Assembly (NCBI GenBank): GCA_964016885.1
Contig: OZ024743.1
Location: 289,478,001-289,542,000, forward strand
Source of the DNA: Eledone cirrhosa
Taxonomy: Eukaryota
Length of the DNA: 64,000 bases
Direction of reading: 5' to 3'
In this document: positions 55,034 to 64,000 of the stretch, in pieces
Position numbering within the stretch: position 1 is the first letter of the stretch
Layout: every line of letters begins with the position of its first letter
Made by a program: the position numbers and the translations under genes
Notes under the pieces: generated by a model
Told to the model about the DNA's origin: nothing
The model's database searches: none
The model's input: only the letters and a program-made list of their open reading frames with translations

Positions 55034-55568
55034 TGCAGTACTTAGATTTGTACAGCTATAAAAATAACAAAGATAATAATAATAATCATCATTATAACAA
55101 CAAAAACAACGAAAGGGGTAACAACAACAACAAGAAGCGTTTTAATCATTTTTCATATATCATATACACCCAGATTTGCACACACAATGGAACCCTAGTC
55201 CTAACCCTGTATTGGTATATGCAATGAACCCGATGAATTAGACAAGATATTTAATTATTTCGAGATCCATTGTCAATGATTCGCTGGGTCCATTACAAGC
55301 TTTGCACAGGTCTGGGTAAAAATGGAGGGGGGTTGGAGTTAATATATACGACTTAAATCAACCCACTATCACAAAATATTCGATACACTACGATTTCTGT
55401 TAACAACATTACGCTGATTAAAATTAAAAGTCATCAACAACAGTCAAATAGCTATTATTGGTGACTTGTACAATAAACAATACAATACTAGGTTTAGAAG
55501 AGAGTTATTGCTTTAGTCACTCTGTGATAATGTGTTAAATTTCAAACCTATTAAATAATTTAACCTAC

Positions 55569-55630
55569 CATGCGACTTTAAAAATAACACGCTCATTCTA
55601 GGAAGTCGCCATTTTGCAAGGTTCCGTAAA
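55569..55630 (-). promoter_or_regulatory. Putative non-coding first exon / TSS region of GPN2
   Basis: YY1-like AAAATGGCG motif and donor ATG|gtaggt at 55568. A pyrimidine-rich acceptor (tttgttatttttatag) ends at 55056, 22 nt before the start codon. Confidence 0.45.
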
Positions 55631-57074
55631 CAAAAACACATGAAAGATAACTCTTCTATAATTTATGTAATTATCTCCCTTAGATTCTCTTGAAATTTTC
55701 TCAAAAGCAACATGAAATATTAGAAGATGTAATATAATTGTATGGAATCAACCCTTATACGTAGTTAAAACTCCTTTTATTAACTGAGGGAGCTTAGCTA
55801 TAGTTTTATTCTATTCTATTCAAGGTGTGCGATATCGTTAGGCCAACATAGTAGCCACCTAGCGTGTAAAACTTTAAGTGGCATATAACTGAGCCTTAAG
55901 TTATTTGAAATTAAATAAAACATAACAAGTTTATTGAAATTAAATAAAACATAACAATTTCCTAAATATCACTAAATCGATTGATACTGTATAAGAAGGT
56001 AGTGTTGTGACTTGTGTTGAGTGTTATGATTGAACTAAGGAGATATTTTATTACTTTTTTTTCCATAGAATCGAAATTTTATTAATAAAAATAAAAATAA
56101 ATCATAAACAATTTTTTCAATTAACAACAGTACTACATATATTTAAAAACTGAAAATGAAGGGAAGGGCAAGGGCTCTAGGGTCACAGAAGAATGGGAGA
56201 GGGAAGAGGGAAGGGGATGTGCTCAAGGCCTTAATCGCGAAACTGACGGCACATTCCTCATATTCATGGTAAATTTAAAATAAAACACCCAGTTTAGTGA
56301 CTCTCCACCTAAGTGAATCAAAAACCAACACGCACTAGATTAGTTCTCCAATATTTTTGTTTTAGGATTTCTTTAATTTAAATTTTTTTATCTTTAGCAT
56401 ATGACCAGCAATTTGAAGCGGAGAGAGAAGTCGATAAAATCGATCCCAGTGTGTTACTGGTACTTTATTTTATTGACCATAAAAGGTAAAACTAACCTCG
56501 GTGGGATTTAAACTCAGAATGTAAAGGGCCATAACTATATGCCACAAAGCATGTTGTCCAACGTTCCAGCCAATCTACCGCCCTCTAGAACTCTAATATC
56601 TTAGATACTTGGGAACCTTGCTTCATTGATACAATAGTAACACAATAATATAATTAGACAATCAAAGGAAAAAGAAATACATTTGCAGATTTAATCTTAG
56701 CAGCCGAATTTTGTTTCTCAATGTTACGTCATGGAAGAAGATCAGTGACCTTGCCCCTCTTCATGGTTTCCGGTAGTGGGCTTCGTTAAAGAGCCAGATG
56801 GTTCTGTTAAATCAAACAACGTGTTAAGGCTTCCACCGAAAGCGAGCCGCAGAAACCTTTAAAGTCAGAACGCAAGGAGCCGGAACAAATACCGTTTTAA
56901 CGACGCTACCAATTCTCCGCCTAAAGGACATTATCAATAGTATTTCAAACTACCAACCAAGTGATCAATGGTTCATATTCTTCCACCAGCTACGCACCAA
57001 ATAGTCTCTACGCAGTCACACGAGCTGCTAGAAAAAGCTGTCACACTTTCAATGATAAAAGGCATTAAACAATG

Positions 57075-57283
57075 ATTTCTAGTATAGGCACAAGGCCAGT
57101 AATTTGGAGGGAGGGCAAAGTCGATTAAATCGACCCAGTACGTTACAGGTGCTTTATTTTATCGACCCCTTAAGGTTGAAAGGCAAAGTTAACTTCGGCA
57201 GGATTTGAACTTAGACCGTAAAGGACCGTAACTCTATACTGCAAAACATGGTGTCCAACTCTCTACCGATACTGCCAATCCAC
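57075..57283 (-). mobile_element. SINE family B
   Basis: Matches 36350-36555. Other minus-strand copies at about 48500-48650, 49490-49690 and 56395-56580. Confidence 0.85.
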
Positions 57284-57302
57284 CGATACTGCAATCATAG
57301 AT

Positions 57303-57535
57303 ATGCGAAAGGAGAGAAAGATAGTGAAAAACCGGAGCCTGACCGACCACTTTCTCTTTTCACCGGTCTCCATCGAGACCTTTGGTATCCTTGATCCCCG
57401 CACAGCTGATTTACTCCGTAATGTCGGAAAGACGGTGGCTCGCTTGAGAAGGAAGCCCCTGAGGTGGGGTAGCTGTTGCAATGGGTGTCTCTGGATATTT
57501 CCCATGGTAACGCTTTTGCCGTTTTGTCCGCGGGG
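57303..57535 (+). mobile_element. CRE-like non-LTR element, restriction-like endonuclease fragment
   Basis: K..K...L...F.F.P.SIETFG.L....ADLL..VG, then in a shifted frame LLQWVSLDISHGNAFAVL (compare L.QR.S.A.QRGNA). Confidence 0.6.
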
Positions 57536-57559
57536 CGCGGCTAATGTACCTCTCAGACA

Positions 57560-58521
57560 GGGGTGATTGTTTAATATATATGGATCCGCAAAGAGAGCAC
57601 AGACTACGTGGGTGAATGTGCAGGTGAAAGAAAAGTCACATGATAGGAAGGAAAGTAACTGCACACCACAAGGTCACGGAGTTACGGGTGAGCTTAAAGG
57701 CAGTGATGCGTGGGTTTGGAAATAAACGAGAAGTGACGGTGTCAGAAGAGAAGGTGCGGAATAAAAGGATATGTCACCGATAGGATAGGGTGGTAGTTGA
57801 GGGGGAAAGGAAAGCGGGCGTTGTGAGGGTGTCTGGCGAGGTGAGACGGTTGTTGTATAGTCGGTTTCACGGGCGCGGGGAGGGCAGCGTGGATCAGGGT
57901 AGGGAGATATCTACGCTGGATGAAAGGGGAGGTCATGTGTTGAGACTGGGTCTCGAAATCGTGGTCCTTTATATAGAGCCGAAAAGACGGAGGAATTGGG
58001 AGTAGGTTATGGAAAGTTTGGCGCGGGTGAAATGAGAAGAGATGAAGTCGTGGTAGGGATGGGAATCAGTGTGCTTATAGGAGATGGAAGTAGAGAATGT
58101 GTGGTGAGTGTGGTCGATAGAGAGAGAGATGTCGAGAAATTGGACTCAAGAGTTGGAGAAAGAGGGCCTGAAGGTGTGGGCAGGATGAAAAGATTGGACA
58201 AAATAAATAAAGGAGTCAAGCAGTTCACGGGAGAGAGGTGGTGCCGATACAATCATCGATGTAACGACCGTAATATTCGGTGCTCAGACCAGTGTAATGG
58301 CTGAAGATCAAGGCTTCAGCGTAGACAATGTCCAAGTTGCAGAAGTTAGGGCCCATTCTTGTCCTCATAGCTAATCCAGAGTCTTGTTGGTAAAATTCCC
58401 CGGTAAAGGAAAGACCAGTGAGAGTGTGAACGAGGTCAGCAAGGCGGAGATAAGTGGGTAGGGTGCTTGGGTAGGGTTTGGGTGTAAGTCTAAAAAATGT
58501 CGAGAGCGTGGAGGCCGTCAT
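57560..58521 (-). mobile_element. Penelope-like element RT remnant
   Basis: F.GEFYQQ.SGLAM.TRMGPN..NL, YGRYIDDCIG, QFLDI, YKHTDSH.Y....SSH and YSQFLRL, with frameshifts. Confidence 0.88.
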
Positions 58522-61500
58522 CGTGATGTGGCTTTCAATGTGTCGGACATTACTCCTTTTTCAGGACATAGCAAAGTTCTGGGTTTGGAAAGTTTGAAAA
58601 TAAGATGGCTGGAGAAATTAGGCAAGTAGTCCGATGTACGGGAATGGGGCTAAGGTGGAAAGTCTAGGTGGGGTGTGGGTGCTATTATCTGTGCACAGCG
58701 GAAGTGAATTTCTTGGGTGTGTATTGTTGCTGCTGTATGTGCGTGGGGTGTGTATATCTTCCATGGACGAGTGTCTGCGTGTGTCTGCGTGTCTGTGAAT
58801 TATTTTTTATGCAGTTTTTTTTTTGTGTGTATGTGCATGATCATGTATGAGGACGTGTTTTTATGTATTTTTTAAATATATTTTGTGGGCGTCTGTCTAC
58901 ACCTTTTGGTGGTGCTCTGTACACGCGTGTGTCAGCTAATTCTTAATGTACTTTCATATGTGCTTGTATTTACACATCTGTGTGTTTGAGTGAGTTTATG
59001 TGTGTGTGTATGTTTACATTCTATTTTCTAAAATAATTTTCTTCAGTGCAGAGTCACGCATAGATGAGCAGCCAATTTTTCTAACGTATTTATAAAACTA
59101 CACAATATTACTAAAGTTCAACATATATTTATAAAACTATATACACGTACATGTACGCAGAGACGTGCTACTGCATACGAAATTTATTTTAATTCCTGCT
59201 TGTTACCTTATCTCAAGGGAAATAACTCTTGGATCGATTATTTCCCTTGCATCCGACACTCAATACATGTACATGAAGTAAGTTAAGGCAGTGGAATCAT
59301 ACAATCGGTAGTGCATTCGGATAACACTTTTGGGGTATTTTCTCTTGCCCCTTCCGTTCTTAGTAAGTCAATTTTGACTTTCGAGGTCGAAAAATATAAT
59401 ACAAAACAAATACTGGAATTGATTTCATTTTCTTTCCCCTTCCCTAAACCGTTATTAGTAATTAAATTACTATTTATATTTATATAATTACTTATACTTT
59501 AACATGTAGGACCGGATTTAATGGGGGAAAGGGAGCAACTGCCCAGGCCCCCTGAAGTAGGGGGGTGGGGGGGGGGGGGGGCACCAGCGACGGCCGTAGC
59601 AATTTATTTGTGCCCTCAGCTGGGCTTTTTAGTTTTAGGATGGTTAGAATTTTTGAATTTAATACCTGTATGTATAACTTTTCAATTCTAATTACTTGCA
59701 CCAGGCTAAGTTTGATATGTAAAATTAGAGGGGGCGGGGTTGCTGTGTATTATATATTTTTTGTGTGTGAGAGGTTCCCAATGTCTAAATCAAACCCTGT
59801 TACCATTGTATATATCTGGTGTTTGTTAGTGTTTCTTTCTAAATTATTTACTTTATTTAACTCTTTTCCTTGCCATAATTTTAATGTAAGAGACTATGTA
59901 ATTTTCGAATAATCTGATGATGGTTATTTGAACCTAGTACCAATTGCTTATGATAGAGGTGAGTGTAATATTTGTTGTTAAATCTATTGGTACATCAATT
60001 TCCGCGGGACACAATCCGGATGTGACACTTTTTGGCACTGTCATACTCACAGATTAAAACCTGTAGTAGGTGATTCGGTGACTGAAATCTATAGAATTAA
60101 TCATTTATGTATATTTTGTGTATTATAAAAAAAGTACTATATTTTGACACCGGGGGTGTGACAGGTGAAATTATTGACCTCAGTGAGATTTGGATTTATA
60201 TGATATAAATATATATAAGTAAATACCAGAAATACCGTGTCCTTTGATCTGACAACCACTGCTTTCACTTGTAGTAGTAATATTGGTGATGATTTAATTT
60301 ATTTGCCATTAGCGTGAGGAATGAAGGAGACATTGTAGAGACAGAATACAAGAAGTGTGGTGGTTTACATATAAAGTAGATTATTTAAAAACTACAACAA
60401 CAGAAACAGCAACAAATAACAAGAATGTGATCGAAGTATAGTCATGTGTGATACAGCAACGAGGGAGAAAGGCCAATCAAGAAAAAAGTAAAGTTTCAGG
60501 ATCACTCTGACCATAAAGAACTAGTGCCTTTAACTGCCTTCTTCCCATCTACAGCCGCATGATGAGTGTGAGCCCATTTATTCGGGCTATTTTCACCATT
60601 CACACACATCTTTAAAAAAACGTTTCTAGAGAAGCACACTACCCTCTCCACTATTATCTTCCTTTCTAAGGGGAACTTGAAAACATCGATGGGAATTTAG
60701 TGGAAGAGGAAATAATCTGTTTTCAGTAATTTTACGCATTTTCACAACACTATGTTGTTCTCTATATTCACAAGACGAAAGTAAATTGCTTACTATTCCC
60801 GGCTAAAGAAAAGCACCAAGGATATCTTCATGGTGGATTCAGACGGTAGTCAGCTCAATTTCATATGCAAAAACATTTCTACAAAACTTCTCTCATCATG
60901 TATCTTAGGCAGATCCAGGTGATGGCAAGTTCGTGTCTGAAGAGTTTATCTGGCAGCAGTAATGCACTCTGGTAGCGTAGCTAGTGTCAATAGTGCTTGG
61001 GTAGATCTTCTTCCGAAACAACCAAGACAGTTCATTTACGTCAACGTCCAAATTTTTCCACATAACGTCGTCACTCTTTTCCACCACTAAACCTACACAG
61101 AATGTCTAGGTAAAATACCAGGGATTGCATTGTCCAACTGGCAGACACTGGAGGGGATCCAGTGGAAAATATTTGAGGTAGAAAGAGAAAGGTTTAATTT
61201 GATTGCAGTCATTTCTGTTGAAGACAGGAAGTACTAAATGTTAAAAGAATGTGTCTGCAATCCTAGTTGAAACATAAAAATATGAGTAAATAAATATCTG
61301 TCTATTTCGACGATGAGTTTTGGTTTGTCCGATTAATTGAACTAGCAGCTGATTGAATTAGCGTTTGACTGAGTATTCCATAGACACGTGTACCTTCAAC
61401 GCAATCCAGAGACAGGAATAATTCATCCATTGAGAATCTGCACAATTTCACTGTCATATGTTAGGTCAGCTCGAGGCTGCTGTCATAGTCACTTACCTAA

Positions 61501-61635
61501 GATTCCATGTGGTGGTTTATTCCACCAGGATACATGCAAATGCTATATAGTCACACAAATACACACACAAGCAAGCACTACATACCGATACACGAAGCTA
61601 AATACGCAGAACAGACAGATACACACACAAACACA

Positions 61636-61735
<100 letters not shown>

Positions 61736-61759
61736 AACATCCACGCGTCCCTTCAATCT

Positions 61760-61898
61760 ATCTAATTTCTCATCCTTTCTTCTGATGAAGGACCAACGTC
61801 CGAAACGTTACGACCCTCTTCCTGCTATTTCAAGCGTTAACCTAATATATTCCTTCCATATACTGTACCGATTGTGTTGTTATTTCTGTTTAACTTTT
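61760..61898 (+). mobile_element. Short repeat with minimal hammerhead-like core (same family as 9725-9905)
   Basis: CTGATGA-A-GGAC-CAAC-GTCC-GAAA-CGTTA at 61782-61810. Sits between (TA)n and (CA)n runs. Confidence 0.65.
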
Positions 61899-61901
61899 AC
61901 A

Positions 61902-61933
<32 letters not shown>

Positions 61934-62021
61934 AATATTATATATATAAATATATATACACATACATATATATAAATATATATTTATATATATACTACAT
62001 ATATATATATATATATATGTA

Positions 62022-62052
<31 letters not shown>

Positions 62053-62814
62053 CAGGCAGACATCTGTATGTGTATAGATGTATATGTAGATATATGTATA
62101 CACACACACACACAAATAGACACACGAATACATGAACATAAGTGAGAGAAGTTATATATTTATAATAAGTTTATAAAGTCTACTACGATATTGATCGTTT
62201 ATCAAGCGGAACAACTTTCGAGCATAATTGAAAGATATTTTACCAAAATAACTGCACAAATTATTAAAAATCGACTGACCACGTATAATCTTCTTTAATC
62301 GTGGGCCAAAACGCCTGAAGCGAATATGGCACTGACCTACCGAAATAACATAACAATATAACGCTTTTACTTTTACACATTATAACACACGCACACATAC
62401 ACACACTCACACACGCAGCCACATACACACACTCACACACGCACCCACATACATACTCAGACACTCACACACATATGCACCCAAATACATACTCACACAC
62501 TCACACTCACACATACTCTCACACACTCATTCACACAGGCTCTCTCTCACACACACAGACGCAGTACTACACAAACACACACATATACACTGTCTATCTC
62601 TGCCTCTCATACAAACAAACATACAAAGACAATCTGAGTAATTCACATAGGTACATACAACACACGCACACACACACATATACGAAATAGACTCAAATAC
62701 ATACACAGAACTAGGTGCATACAATCACATATACAATTTAACGGTGTCTTATTATAACGTGCATAAACTTAAAATGTGTAAATATTGTGACGCCAACACA
62801 GGCATATACATACA

Positions 62815-63730
62815 TACATGGTGGCTGCCAACTCGTTTTCGAGTACGGCCACTACTTTATATCCATGTAGGAGAACCCCTACCGATGCGCTGAACAAGTG
62901 TGACTTTTTAGTCCAGCCAGCGACTTGAAAACTCTGGTACAAACACTACACTTGTGACAATTATTGACACATAGTGCTGGGCCCATGGTATCATGTGATG
63001 ACAAGTGCAGAGAGATCTCCAGATATAAAGCAATGCCTGTGCAGTGAAGCTTTTATAGTGAGCAAAGGCATTGCACAAAGCCAGTCCCACTCTCTTAACT
63101 AAGATGATATTTACGAAAAAGAAGAACAAGTCAACATCATTGGATACCATCAGGGTTGCAGGTGTTATATCAGAGTTTTCCTTCTCCTAGAATTCTGCCT
63201 TGACAAAGGCTAAGGGGTCATCTCTCCCGGTGAATTTGGATGGGCATTGACTCTTAAGAGCTCCTTTGCCCTTTGACAGGTTTTGTTTTTAGTCCTGCAG
63301 GATGTCCAAAGTCACCCTCCTCACCAAGAAACCTTGGTGGGGTTGCCAGTTTAGTCGCCAACGACCCGACCATGAGACAGGTTGTACTGGGATACATACA
63401 TACATACATACATACATACATACATACATACATACATACATACATACATACATACATACATGATGATGATGGCTGCAACTCGATTTCGAGTAAAGCCATC
63501 GTTTGATACTTAAGCATGAGCATCACGGATGTGGCTTTGTAGTCTTGCAAGGAACTTGCCTATGGCCAACAACTGGAAAGAATGTCACATATGTAGCGAT
63601 GCCTGTGCTTGAAGCTTTTTTTAAGTGAGGAAAGGCTTTGCACGAGGCCAATCCCACTCTCTGAACATCCAATGCAGTTGCCCAAAAAGAAGAACTGGTC
63701 TACATCATTGGACGAAGGTCAATCTAATAT
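62815..63730. repeat. Two diverged related copies of an unclassified repeat separated by (CATA)n
   Basis: GGCTGCCAACTCGTTTTCGAGTACGGCC (about 62823) versus GGCTGCAACTCGATTTCGAGTAAAGCC (about 63471), with shared downstream blocks GAAGCTTTT..AGTGAG..AAGGC.TTGCAC..GCCA.TCCCACTCTCT. Confidence 0.6.
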
Positions 63731-64000
63731 GATACATACATACATATGTGCATACATACATACAAGCAGACATAGACACAGTCACTCACACATACACGCA
63801 TGGCATGCTTACATACATACATTCATACATACATACATACATACATAGAGGAACTCCTCGAGAGATATTCCCTGCGTGATAATCAAAAACTCACACCCAG
63901 GGAAGTCGCTCAGCAGTATCGCAATGAATCCATGCATAAAAAAACTGCATACTTATCAGCAAAAAATCATGCATGGATATGTTGCCAGGCAGTTCCAGAG

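Overview
AT-rich, microsatellite-dense animal genomic DNA. The repeat types suggest a coleoid cephalopod such as Octopus (inference only). The one host gene I can support is GPN-loop GTPase 2 (GPN2) on the minus strand: a 609-nt first coding exon (55033-54425) splices in phase 0 across a 53,393-nt intron to a 99-nt exon (1031-933) that the ORF track misses, and the gene continues beyond the left edge. The intron is filled with mobile-element remains: several RTE LINE subfamilies (with a PHD-like Cys/His insert after the RT), two tRNA-derived SINE families, CR1, Tigger/pogo, DD37D maT, a piggyBac MITE, Helitron pieces and minisatellites. CRE-like and Penelope RT remnants lie upstream of the gene. 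The most notable structures are (i) three separate families of hammerhead-ribozyme-like motifs, (ii) a SINE subfamily that has swapped its 3' tail between two RTE partners at a visible CCCGT microhomology, and (iii) many inverted repeats from about 50 bp to 2.5 kb, often centred on (TA)n runs, which would make the GPN2 pre-mRNA rich in dsRNA. All calls come from reading the sequence; no searches or folding were run, and repeat boundaries are approximate unless stated.
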